This document shows, piece by piece, positions 48,990-61,939 of a stretch of DNA of 64,000 nt. The notes beneath the pieces are model-generated. The model had not been told where the DNA came from, ran no database searches, and saw only the letters and a list, made by a program, of their open reading frames with translations. Source of the stretch: Paraspadella gotoi (lineage: Eukaryota > Animalia > Chaetognatha). A program made the position numbers and the translations under genes. The stretch spans positions 19,536,625 to 19,600,624 of the forward strand of contig CM119268.1 of assembly GCA_051294375.1 (NCBI GenBank), given 5' to 3'. The first letter of the stretch is position 1, and every line of letters starts with the position of its first letter.

Positions 48990-50345
48990 ACCGGCGTACA
49001 GCGACCTCCTCTTCATTTGTGACTCCAAAGATCAAACAAAGTGGCGGCAAACGGATCGTCGATTGTTTCGGAACAATCGAGCGGGTGGTACAGCTGGGCA
49101 ACGGGCAATTCCAGTACGAGTTTGTCGTCGCCGACGTAAAACAGCACATTCTCGGCGCGGACTTTTTAGCAGAGAATTTTCTCGCTCCAAACCATCGTGA
49201 CTGACTGCTGCTAGATCTTCGCGATTATTCGACAATTGCAGCCTCAACGGCGATGGAGACAGGAGCACACGTGAACTTTGTAGACCGTCAGGGGGAGAAA
49301 TACTATAAGCTGTTAGAATCCTTCCCAGCTCTCTCAACTCTGTCATTCGAATTAAAAGATCCCAAGCATGGAGTAACTCAGTCTATCCCAACCAAATACG
49401 GCCTTGCCAGTCAAAAGCGAGGCGATTGGATCCCGAGAAGCTGGCAGTCGCGAAAAGAGAACTGGAAAAGATAGTATCGCTCGAAATTGCTCGTCGAAGG
49501 AAATCGGAATGGTCATCGCCGCTTCACGTCGTGGCAAAACCCGATGGAGGGTGGCGCTGCTGCAGCGATTACCGCCGTTTGAACGCACAGACAATCGACG
49601 ATAAGTACCCTATAAAGTTATTTACGGATTTCAACTCCCAGCTGGAGGGAAAAAAAACAGTTTTTTTCCAAGATCGATTTGCTAAAGGGATACCACCAGA
49701 TCCCGGTGAACCTCGACGACGTCAAGAAGACAGCCGTAATCACTCCATTTGGCCTTTACCTTTTTCCTCGCTGCCCGTTTGGCTTAAAAAACGCAGGAAG
49801 GATTTCCAAAGGCTCATGGACAAAATCCTCGGGGACATACCCCACACGTTCGTGTACCTAGACGACATCCTCGTCGCTTCAACCACGCTAGAGGAACACT
49901 ATCGAGACCTTGAACGCGTTTTCAAGGCGCTGGATGCAAATGGCCTGGTTGTAAACACAAAAAAGTGTCTATTAGGGCAAGAATCATTGGAATTCTTGGG
50001 TTTTCTTTTAGACAAACGAGGCGTACGCCCTCTCCCAGACTGGCAAAAAACCGAAAGCTATGACCGCCTTTTGATAAGGAACTATTTGGTGCGTTTAGAG
50101 CAGTGCGACATTTCAGACACTGGATCGAAGGAAGATCATTTACTCTATACACCGATCATCAGAGCCTAGTTTCAGCGATAAGGAAAAAAAGCGGAACCGC
50201 AAACAGTTCGACAATCTTATCTTATCTTATCTTATCTTATCTTATCTTATCTTATCTTATCTTATCTTATCTTATCTTATCTTACGACGGACGTAAGATA
50301 CTTGAAAGGAAAGGCCAACGTAGTCGCAGATTCGTTATCCCACCC
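48990..50345 (+). pseudogene. pol: pol: aspartic protease remnant, reverse transcriptase, partial RNase H
   Basis: FVVADVKQHILGADFL (protease C-terminus; catalytic D-S/T-G absent), WSSPLHVVAKPDGGWRCCSDYRRLN, KGYHQIPV...KTAVITPFGLY...PFGLKNA, FVYLDDILVAS, RHFRHWIEGRSFTLYTDHQSL, KGKANVVADSLS. Confidence 0.95.
50215..50285 (+). repeat. (TCTTA)n microsatellite, about 14 units, within RNase H remnant
   Basis: Perfect pentanucleotide run between the YTDH and NVVADSLS motifs. Confidence 0.95.
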
Positions 50346-50637
50346 AAACGCCCCGTCGACGGAGCCGGCCAAAGCAGCAGAGCCAACGACCCTCAATTCG
50401 AAGCAAGCGACGCCATCTCCGACAATCGTCACCTCGACGACAAATCCGACACTGTTGACAAACGACTCGACAACGACAGCATCGCCGACAGAGAACCCGC
50501 AAGAGTCAGCAATCGACCGACCGATCAAAACCGATCGCCTCGAGGATGCGAACGCCATGATATCGTCGCTAACAAGCTTAGCGATTGACTTCGAGCAAAT
50601 GGCTCGAGAACAGGTCCTAGATCCCGATTATAGAAGT

Positions 50638-50844
50638 CCTGTCCTAAATGAAGAAATAAAATGTTTGCCAAAAACTTCATAAATTATGTTTTTAATCTAT
50701 CTCCAAATGTAAAGAATACATTGTAAAGTGGAGGCCTCTTATTACAAACGATTTTATTCTACATGAACTTGGAACAAGCACTTCGAAGTCACGTGACTCA
50801 TTTTTCCCTGCGCCAACCTGGCTTAGCTATTCGCCACAACCACA
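50638..50844. mobile_element. Right half of second TG...CA element copy
   Basis: Collinear with 35116-35281 (TGAAGAAATAAAATGTTTGCCAA, TGTAAAGAATACATTGTAAA, TACATGAACTTG, GCTATTCGCCACAACCACA). Confidence 0.8.
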
Positions 50845-51470
50845 AACGTCATGTTTTGTCATGTCCCGAGAAATACGCGTGATAAGGCAGTCAATGCGGC
50901 GCAACACATTTGACTTAAAGTTCTTGTTTTTCTTTTTTTTTTACACGAGTTTCGCCAGTCTCGTTTTGAGTTTCGCTAGCCTGGCTTCGAGTTTCGCCAG
51001 TCTCGCTTACATGGTTTAGCTTTTTTTGCGTCATTGGCAGAATTTTCTGTCTCTCTCTCTTTCTCTCTCTTTATTTTTCGAGTAGTTTAAGCGTTTTTTT
51101 TTTTTTTACATTAAAAGTATTTTTACCGCAGCCGCTACTGACGCAGCCGCAGCCGCCTCCGCGCCGCACACTTTTTTTCCTCGGCAGGAACAGTGCAAAT
51201 TGATTTTAGCCAGTCTTGATTCTACTATTGACATTAGTGACCCGAGTCTTTCGCCTAAAGTTAAATGTTATTTTGTGGAAAAAAAATTAAAGATATTATT
51301 TTTGGTCGTATGTTTAAGATTTATTTCTTTTAACTTCGATAAGTTTTTATTTTTAGCGATCGTTGCACAGTTGCAATTTTTTTTCTCAAGTTGCACCATG
51401 TTGTTTCCGTCTCCAGCAGATTCCTTAATCGTGATTTCCGGAGGAAATGTTATGACCTTTCCCTTTTCGT

Positions 51471-51589
<119 letters not shown>

Positions 51590-51819
51590 CAAGTGTTGAG
51601 GAGTAAAGAAAGAAGCTAAATGGATAAACAGGTGTCGATGCACCTGAGCTCAATCATGTCTTTTATTTTTCTTTTTGTCTTTAAAACATTCGTAAGCTTA
51701 TCTTCAAGTCGTTCTTCTCTTTATCTTTCTTCTTTTCTCACTTTTTCCTTTTATTTTTTTTTCTCCTTTACGATCTATTTCTTACTTTCTTTCTTTTTTC
51801 CATTTCTCTTTTTTCTATC

Positions 51820-54055
51820 TCTCATTGCATTCCTGCCTCTATTTTCCTTCAGTTCCTCTCCTTTTTTTCTTTTTTCTTTCAATTTCCTCTCAGCATTCCT
51901 CCACTCTTCCTTTCCTTTAGTCTCTCTCCTTTTTCTTGTTCTCTTTCTATTTCGTCTCAGCATTCCTCCACTCTTTCTTTTCTCTTGTTCCTTTCCTTTT
52001 TTTCTTTCTATTTCGTCTCAGCATTCCTCCACTCTTTCTATCCTCGAGTTCCTTTCCTTTTTTTTATTTCTATTTTGTCTTAGCATTCCTCCACTCTTTC
52101 TTTCCTTTAGTTCCTTTTCTTTTTTCTTTTTTCTTTCTATTTTGTCTCAGCTTTCCTCCACTCTTTCTTTCCTTCAGTTCCTTTCCTTTTTTTCTTTTTA
52201 TTTTGTCTCAGCATTCCTCCACTCTTTCTTTTCTTCAGTTCCTTTCCTTTTTTTTCTTTTTATTTTGTCTCAGCATTCCTCTACTCTTTCTTTCCTTCAG
52301 TTCCTCTCCTTTTTTTCTTTTTCTCTTTCTATTTCGTCTCAGCATTCCTCCACTCTTTCTTTCCCTCAGTTCCTTTCCTTTTTTTTCTATTTCGTCTCAG
52401 TATTCCTCCACTTTTTCTTTCCTTCAGTTCCTTTCCTTTTTTTTCTTTGTACTCGTCTCAGAATTACTCTACTCTTTCTTGCCTTCAGTTCCTTTCCTTT
52501 TTTTTTTCTATTTCGTCTCAGCATTCCTCCACTCTTTCTTTCCCTCAGTTCCTGTCTTTTTTCTTTTTTTCCTTTTATTTCATCTCATCATTCCTTCCCT
52601 CGGAATCGTGCAAATCGTGGAATCGTGCGGGTGGAAATGAATATGAAAATGAATATTTACTTGAAGCATTTTTACTTATACTTACTCATAATTTTTATAT
52701 TGATTAAAAATTGGATAGATAAATTGAAATGAAATTTTGTTTGTGGGTAGGAAAGTATGTGATTAAGCTGGATATAAATTTTTGATGGAATCGTAGGAGT
52801 GAAAAAGAGTTTAAAATATAAAACCAAAAGACACATTTATTTGAATTTTTTAAAGTTTCTCTCTTTCTATCTTTCTATGATTGATTGAATGATTGATTGA
52901 AGGTGTAATTATGCCGGTTGAGCAAATTATGCCAGTTGAGCTAATTATGCCAGTTGATCAAATTATGCCAGTTATCAAACAATGCAACTGGATTAAATTA
53001 TGCAAGTTGATCAAATTATGAAAATTGACCGAATTATGCAAAATTACCAGATTATGCAAATTGACTAAATTATGCAAGTTTGTATTGGCGCAGCTACTGG
53101 TAATAATAGATCAATTGATTTATAGATTTTTTTTTATATATTTATTAAGTCTGTTATGAATTTGTTATTTTACGATTTGTTATGATCTGTTAAGATCACA
53201 AATTGAGAGTCAGAAAATATTACCGTGATTTATCATCGGATTAGCTTATTATCACCTAATTATCATAGGCTGATCTGACATTGTTTGCTCAAACTTGTTT
53301 TCTTTTTATTTCGTCTCAGCATTCCTCCACTCTTTCTTTCCCTCAGTTTCTCTCCTTTTTTCTTTTTTCTTTCTATTTTGTCTCAGCATTCCTCCACTAT
53401 TTCTTTCCTTCAGTTCCTTTCCTTTTTTCTTTTTATTTTGTCTCAGAATTCCTCAACTCATTCTTTCCTTCAGTTTCTTTCCTTTTTTTCTTCTTTTCTT
53501 TCTATTTCGTCTCAGAATTCCTCCACTCTTTCTTTCCTTCAGTTTATTTCTTTTTTTTTCTTTTTTTCTTTCTATTTCGTCTCAGCTTTCCTCCACTCTT
53601 TCTTTCCTTCAGTTTTTTTCCTTTTTTTTTTCTTTCTATTTCGTCTCAGCATTCCTCCACTCTTTCTTTCTTTCAGTTTCTTTCCTTTTTTTTTTCTATT
53701 TTGTCTCAGCATTTCTCCACTCTTTCTTTCCCTCAGTTCCTTTCCTTTTTTCTTTTTTCTTTCTATTTTGTCTCAGCATTCCTCCACTCTTTCTTTCCCT
53801 CAGTTCCTTTTCTTTTTTCTTTATATTTCGTCTCAGCATTCCTTCACTCTTTCTGTCCTTCAGTTCCTTTCCTTTTGTTTCCTTTTTTCTTTAAATTTCG
53901 TCTCAGCATTCCTCCCCTCTTTCTGTCCTTCAGTTCCTTTCCTTTTTTATTTTTTCTTTCAATTTCGTCTCAGCATTCATCCACTTTTCCTTTCCTTCAG
54001 TTATTTTCCTTTTGTTTCCTTTTTTCTTTTAATTTCGTCTCAGCATTCCCCCACT
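51820..54055 (+). repeat. ~60-bp pyrimidine-rich satellite (TATTTCGTCTCAGCATTCCTCCACTCTTTCTTTCCTTCAGTTCCTTTCC), split by a HINE insertion
   Basis: About 12 units at 51820-52565 and about 12 at 53305-54055 in the same orientation. Confidence 0.92.
52650..53300 (+). mobile_element. HINE-like 3' portion inserted in satellite
   Basis: Reverse-complement module order of 1863-2830; ends GATCTGACATTGTTTGCTCAAACTTGTTTT in a T-run of the satellite. Confidence 0.75.
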
Positions 54056-55074
54056 TTTACTTCATTTTCTCCGATTCCTTTCTTCCCTTCTTCCTCCGCT
54101 TCGTCATCAAGATTTCCTTTCGCATTTTTCATTTTTCTTTTATCTCATTTATTCCTGCATCTCAGACGCCGTTTCCGTCGCGGCTGAAAAACTCTGCCAG
54201 CCAAAAAAACAACAACAACAATAATGACAACAACAACAACAGAAATAAAGACTTCAACATATTCGTTACAAATAAGATCTTTCTTACTAATAAAAAAACA
54301 AAGATACTTTACTATGAAAATAATACATTCAATATGAAACTTATTAGGTCTTTATAAAAACAATCCTCCATCTCTCTTACGAGTTGACAAAACCCTGGCA
54401 ACGTTCATTCATTCGTTGCGCGTTTGAGGCTTAAATGCAGTTTATTTTAATTAAACTTCCACAAGTTAAGTATGAGATCAGAGAATACACCATATTGGAG
54501 CTGAAAACATCTAAAAACAAAAATAAGAATAGGAAAACCACACTCGGTTTAAAAACAACGCGAAAATAAACACAACAACAAAATCACGCCATTGACAACG
54601 ACAACAATAACAACAACAACAACAGCGACCCCAACCTCTCTCTCCACCCCATCCCCCATCCACTGCCCTCCTCTCGCCCATCTTTGGCCGAAAAAAAAAG
54701 AAAAATTCGACTCTTATTCGATTTTCTCTCGCGAATTTTCTCTTTCTGCTCAACAAAGCGAAAAGACACCGGATGTGAAAGTTATTTCGACTCTCCTTCA
54801 CCGTTCAGCCAATTTTTATTTGGTCAGTCTTATGTACGTCCAAAATTCGCGGGCATTGTTTTCCTGTCTTGATTTCCGTGTGAAATATTATAACTTTTTT
54901 AGTTTTAGCTTTAAACTCACTGAAATTGTTTTCCCCGTAAGAAACTACGTTTTCACGAGTTTTTGAGGGATATTTATGAGAAGTAAAAGTACTAGAAATT
55001 CGATGCTTTTTCTTCAACATCTCTTAAATAAGCTCACTTTAAATCATTTCCAAACGGGTGAAACCTCAGTCAAA

Positions 55075-55351
55075 ACGTTTGTCTCCGTTCGGCATAGGAC
55101 GAAATCAAGTGGAGATTTATTCTGAGATAAATAAGGAGACGGTGAGACACACACAGGAGTCCAGATCAATTCTATTGAAACTAAGGAAAGCTAGGTCTAT
55201 TTATATCTCGAGAAGAGGATCAAAGGCAAGAGTTATTTTGACAGTTCCATTGGTTCTGCAAGCTGATTTGTCGATGCCGATTCTTCCTCGACGAATCACA
55301 ATCCAGTGATTCCGATTCTGCGGAGTTTACCCGATCCTCCGATCCGATTTC
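55075..55351 (-). mobile_element. Diverged second copy of the LTR-like segment
   Basis: Reverse complement shares GGATCGGAGGATCGG, ATGGAACTGTCAAAAT, TATAAATAGAC and TTTATCTCAGAATAAATCTC with 29639-29903; no adjacent PBS. Confidence 0.7.
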
Positions 55352-55845
55352 ACTTTAGGTGAGGCTGAGTCTCCTGCGATGATATAAAACATTTTCTGCA
55401 CCGGAAGTGAGGGGAGCGTAGCGTCGGAGTGGAACGGAGATGTTGATGGGGACGAGGCGGGGGGGCGGAGCGCTACGCGTGCTCATTTTTTTTAATCGTC
55501 GTCATTGTCGATTTTGTCGTCTTCGTTAAATTGCGTTGACATATTTATCAAAACCATCTTCAACTTTATCGTCGTCGTCGTCGTCATCGTCTTCATCATC
55601 GTCGTCATCGTTTTCATCGTCGTCGTCATCATCGTCGTTTTCATCCTCCTTTTGTTTTCCCGTTAATTTCGTCGCTACACTTAAGGCCCACCTCCGTTCA
55701 GACCGTTGGGCCGTCGCTGCCGCTGCCGCTGCCGTTGCCGACGCTGCCGTTGCCGACGCCGCCGGGGCAGCCGGCCAACCAACGGGAAAGACAGTGAATA
55801 ATGGTGAGGATCTCATTTCTGTGGCGAATCTAAATCCTAACAAAA

Positions 55846-55945
<100 letters not shown>

Positions 55946-56076
55946 AAAGAAAGGCTTAAACCTTGAAATCTGTTCTCTGCCACGTTGATCACTGGGAGAT
56001 GGCGGCACAGAAGCGAAACTTGAAGGAAAGAAAATAGAAAAGAAAAAAGATAAAATAGTATAAAAGGCATAGACAA

Positions 56077-56107
<31 letters not shown>

Positions 56108-57228
56108 GGCAAATTTAATGTTTTGCACCGCATTAACTGTTACGTACAAATATAAAATATGGTTCCTGCGACCAACATAAAATATACATCTAATGGTCGA
56201 TAATTTTTTATATAACTAAAATGATAGGGATTAGCAGTATTCGACGAAATTTTTATTTCTTTGACGGCCGAAAAATAATTGGGAATTTGATACCAAAAAA
56301 CAAAGCTTTTTAAAATATTTTACTGTATGGAGTAGTGCAAGCGTAAGTCTAACAAAAAATCGAAAAAGAATATTTTAGATAATAAAAATATTGGAGTAGT
56401 ACAGAAAGCAATATTTCTTTTTATTGTAGCGAAAAAACTAGGCTTTCCTCGCAAAACCATTAATGCCACATATTTAAATAGAAAATAATACGTTTTGGCG
56501 TAGTTTTTACGCCACCAGCGCCAACAAAAATGTAAAAAAAAAAAAAATCAAAGCTGAATGCAATACTACAATATATTCTTTATTAGAAAAAAGCGTTTTT
56601 AAAAATTTTAGTTGAATATCCTTGACAGCAGGAAGGTAACTACAAATTGACGTCAATCAGTTGGCGAAATTCCCATATTTAAAAAACAAACTGCCAATTA
56701 ATGATTAAAGTACACTTCGTAAGGCTTAATATAAGGTTTAAATCAATCAATCAAGAAAAAAAGTATTTTTAAAATTTTTGTTCAATACCCTAAAAATGAC
56801 CCAGTATTATATGAAATTGTCGTAAATAAATTTAAGAGAGAATATTTTATTTTCATTTCATTGATTATGGAAGCAAGGCAGACATTTGGAAGCAATGCTG
56901 ACAATTGGAAGAGAGAGAGAGAGAGATGAATGATAATGAGAGAGAAAAAAGAGAAAGAGAGAATGAGTTCCAGTGAAAAATTCCGGTCATTGACCTTTTC
57001 TCAAATCACAACAAACCCAAGGATGGCAAACGATGATGGCGACGATGATAACAATGAACTCAGTCTGCTTATGTTGAAGGCGACAATGACAATGACGACG
57101 ACAATGACGATTACAATGACGGCGACAAATGACAACGACCTGCGCGTCCTGATTCCCATAAAACCGATGGGACTCCGCTAGAAAGACAATTAAAAAACAT
57201 GGGGGGAGAGAAAGAGAGAAAGAGAGGA

Positions 57229-57289
<61 letters not shown>

Positions 57290-57952
57290 AGAGTGAGAGA
57301 CAGAGATAGAGAGAAAAGATTCGTTAAAATGGAATGGATTCTTGTTGGCAGAAATTGCGGAGAGAGAGAGAGAGAGAGAGAGAAGAGAGAGAAGAGAGAG
57401 AGAGAGAGGAGAGAGGGAGAGGAGAGATGAGACGAGAGAGAGAGACTTACATAGGAGATTAAGGAGATTTCTCGAATCTGGTTTAATAAAGACGCACATA
57501 ATAGTTTAAATATTTCGCCTAAATAAAACGAAATCAGACTATATGGTACAAATTTCATTTTTAATATTTATTAATAATTATGGGCTCTGATTTAGAAATC
57601 GATGAGAGGTAAATGATTTGTTTAAAACTAACCTAGTTCGTTCTTTTTAAAAAATTTAATTGTACATTTAAACATGATTCGCTGAAATATGTCTTAGCAC
57701 AGTGATTTTCGTTATGACCTTCGAGAAGGAATAACACGATAAAAATTCCATTCATTTAAAATCCATTTTAAAAACATTTCCTTTCATTAAACTTTTCCTT
57801 TCCTTAACAAATTGATTTTCACTTCTGGGATCTCGCTTTTTATGTTTTTTTAACAAATTTAAGAAAAAAAAAATTTTCTTACGCTAACGAATGGAAAAAA
57901 CGTAAAAATCTGAGATACTGTTGAAAGAAAGAAAGAAAGAAAGACAGAAAAA

Positions 57953-58036
<84 letters not shown>

Positions 58037-58574
58037 AAATAAGACAGATAGACAGACAGACAGGGAGTGGGACAGACTAAACGACAAACACAAAGACAGA
58101 CAGACACAATGACAGAGACAGACAGACACACAGGCAGAGACAGNNNNNNNNNNAAGACGCCGCCTATACAGTCGCAAAGATAGGCCGACAAAAAACAGAC
58201 GGATTTCAAGATAGGCGGATAAACAGAAAGACAGACAGACACAATGACAGAGAGACTAACATACGGACTCCAATCTTCCATTCTTCACCAAAAACAGTTT
58301 TAGTCTGAAAGTCAAAATTTAGGTCCTTGAACTCTTTTCGCCGAGAGGCCGACACCAAGGTCACGGAAGGGGTCATTCGAGGAGGTCATCCCGAGGTCAC
58401 TTTGGAGTCAGAGAGAGAAGGGTCGGTAAGGAGGTCATCTCGCCGAGGTCACTCGCTTTGGGTCGGCCTCGATTTCCCCGGTCGAATCCTTTCTTGAGGT
58501 TCAGATCCTGGGGTTCAGGTCTTGGTTTCAATACTCAGGGGCTCAATGAATATGATCCGACAATGATAGGATAT

Positions 58575-58950
58575 TTCATTTCTACTTGGACGTTTCCATC
58601 GAAACTTGATTTCAGGCTCAATCACATTTTTTCCTACCCACATACAAAATTTAATTCTAAACCATCCATCTAATTATAACTAAAAATCAGAAGAAAAAAA
58701 AACAGCTAAATGTAACTTATTTTTCCACTTTAACTCATTTCCAAGTGAACGATTGCATCGAAACTTGATTTCCTGCTCAATCACACACTTTTCTACCCAC
58801 ATACAGTCAATCGACCCATACAATCATTAGTAAATGGCGTTCAAAGCAAACGGGGGATAAACGGACGGACAGACGAACGGACGAACAGACGGACGTGACT
58901 TACCAACAAGATTTAGGGGTGGGACCGACAGACCGACAAAGTGGATTATA
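58575..58950 (-). mobile_element. HINE-like internal/5' fragment
   Basis: CATCGAAACTTGATTTC...CTCAATCACAC blocks, (GGAC/GAAC)n, GACCGACAAAGTGGATTATAGA. Confidence 0.65.
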
Positions 58951-59212
58951 GAAAAAATGAAAATGCCAAATTTTGTGATTGTATGACCGGAAAGGACGCG
59001 TGCATATAAAAATATGGGAAATGAGAATGAGTTGTGAGGGAAAAAAAGAATATTAAATTAATTTAATTATTAAATTATATTAAATAAAGAAGGTAATTTT
59101 CAAGGTGAAGAGCTTGAGATAAAGAGAAACGTGACAAGGAGGGCAGAGGTTTCGCGTTTACCCTTTGGATTAGGGAAATGGGCTTTGGCTGCATCGCCAA
59201 TTTCTCTGGTCT

Positions 59213-59265
<53 letters not shown>

Positions 59266-59266
59266 T

Positions 59267-59299
<33 letters not shown>

Positions 59300-59453
59300 A
59301 AGGTTTGATGGACACTTTTTGATGTGTGTCGGGTTGAGAGAAAAAGAAGAATAGATATTGTGAGAGAAAAAAAGAAGAAAATGGTAGCGGCGGGTTTAAA
59401 ATCTGTCACCCAGTACAACTATTTAATCTCTCTACGCTCTCTTTCTCTCTCTT

Positions 59454-59502
<49 letters not shown>

Positions 59503-60793
59503 TTCTCTCTCTCCTCTCTCTCTTCCTCTCTCTCTCCGATCTGTCCCTCTGATGCTGTTTTTTTTCCTTTAGAAATGTTAACGTTAATGTTAATTATGAT
59601 GATAATCTTAATGTTAAGTGTGGAATTCCTATAAACATATTTATGCCTCATTTCAATAATTCGTAGCCATAAGCATCCATGTATATCAGAGCTCGTTTAT
59701 TGACATAATTGACATCGGACATGATAGACACTGGTATCATTGGTAACATAGGAGATTACATAGTAGAAGTAGAAGATGGAGAGGCTTAACTGTAAGACAA
59801 AATACTTTAACCATTTACTTTAACCATTTACAGAATATAACATGTTCAAATAACAAAATACCTGGCTTATAGAATCCAAAGAGATAAAATTCCATCTTTA
59901 AAAAGGAATAAAATATTGATAATTTTTACAAGAGTTTTTCTAGGCGTGAGACTGAAATGTTACTGACTAAAAAAACATTGTGAGAGTCAAGACTTGGCAG
60001 TTATTCTATTATTCAGTCACGGAGACTGCTACGAAATCTACTTTCCAGTTATTTTTTGGCATTTTAATATAAGAATCAAAAAATAAAATTCAAATATAAA
60101 AAAAACTTTGGCCTTTAGTGATTCATTTAAGCTGTGTCTCTTTTATGTATGACAAAAAATATAAGAGTTCCATGTAAAAGAAAATGCATTGTCCAAAAAA
60201 ATGCTTCCTTCATTTTTATCTTTTTATATCTACACTTTTTATTTATACTTATTTCCTGTTCTTTTTTATTACTTTTTGAGTTTAACCAATACTATTAAAA
60301 ATACCTACCGTTTCTTAGTCTCATGTCAAATGGTTATTGCATTATCTCCATTAGGATAGATTTAGGAATGAATCTTAATTCATATGTCAAAAAAGCAAAG
60401 TTATCATTTTTATTTATCTTTAGATGTATTATTAAAATCAAGTATCAAACAACTCCAAAAAATAAAAAAAATAAAAATTTTACTGGAGTGAAAGACAATG
60501 AATTATTACATTACGCAGCAACCACTCAAGCCTGGTTTACTTTATAGAGGATCAATCTTTTTCCACTGCTTGCTAAGGACCACCATTTTTACCCCAAATC
60601 TGATAAAAAATATCATGTCAGAAGATTATGTATATACTCTTTTTCGTGTTTTTGAAGTATTAGGAGAAAAACAGTTTTGTTTGACAAAGATTTTTTTTTT
60701 TGACATAATTAGCCAGACATGTTCGGCTCATTCAGTTAGAGCCTTCATCATGCTTTGACAATCAATATTAAGTCTCTTGTTGAAGTAAGTTTT

Positions 60794-60838
<45 letters not shown>

Positions 60839-61656
60839 TGAGGGAGAGTTTCCACAAAGAATAAGGNNNNNNNNNNNNNNNNNNNNNNNNNTCACCCTCT
60901 AACAGAGGAACTGGTTTGAGATTGCCCGTCTCTTTTCCTCTAATGGCGATGGAGGTCCGCGCCCGGAGATGGTTTCCTCGTCATTGAGAGATGGTTTTTT
61001 GGATATTAATTTACGTAAAAATATTCTTTTATTTTACGAAGAATCCAGCCTGCTCCACCTTTCCCGATGCTCTTTTTTTTCTTTTTACTGACAATTAGAA
61101 AATGCCTTCCGTTCTACGCGCAGCTACATCTTTAGGCTCTCTCTTTTGTTTATAACTAAGTACAAGATTTCCAAAGCAGTGTACAGCTGATCTGATGTGC
61201 CCTGATTTCCAATAGTTTAGATTGATTCTAATCTAATTCTACCCACGTGGCACTTCAGATCTCAAAGTTGTCACTGGGTTTTTAGTTCTTTTTCAGAGCA
61301 TATTAACTCTTATCAGATAGCTCGAATCTATTTTTTGTGTGATCGCTGGTTTTGGTGACTTTTCTATGAGAGAAGCTTCTCTTTGGTTTATTATTACTTC
61401 AGAAGAAACAAGTAAGAAAGACACTTTAAAAACTTATTTATATTTGCTTGAGTTTTACGTACTAAATGGGTTTTGTTATTTTCTGTGCCCAGGACTTATC
61501 AACATCCAACCTTAGACTACCGACATTTTCGTCAGTCCTTGGGCTTCGCAGTTGTCGCCTTTTCGGCCTTGCCCGACGTCGTTCTGGAACTGTCTCCTCA
61601 GCGCCATTGTGTTGTAAAAAAAATCTTTGAGGAAAAATAGAGGTGAGAGGGATTGT

Positions 61657-61695
<39 letters not shown>

Positions 61696-61939
61696 GACAA
61701 TGAAGCTTCAACAAAGAAATTGGAAAGACAGTAGGTGTGGACAACTGAAGTGAGGACAGTGAGAGTGAGAGAGAGTGAAAGTAAAGAAAACAATTCAGTA
61801 AATGAAATATTTTTAAGGTCAAAAGAATACATTTTGCAAAGTAAAATAACATTTGAAAATTTTAAGAGTTAAAAACTAAGAAATATAATTACTTAAAGGT
61901 AATAAATTTAGTAAAATTGAAGGAATGAGGTTTAAATAA

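Larger units (their letters stand above)
48134..50635 (+). mobile_element. Degenerate Ty3/Gypsy retrotransposon internal region (CsRn1-like), no integrase and no LTRs seen
   Basis: gag, protease remnant, RT and partial RNase H motifs in order across frameshifted ORFs; GC-rich relative to flanks. Confidence 0.93.

Noticed and set aside
51620-54357. Long F/S/L-rich ORFs of 200-370 aa resembling membrane proteins
   Set aside because: Translation of the pyrimidine-rich 60-bp satellite.
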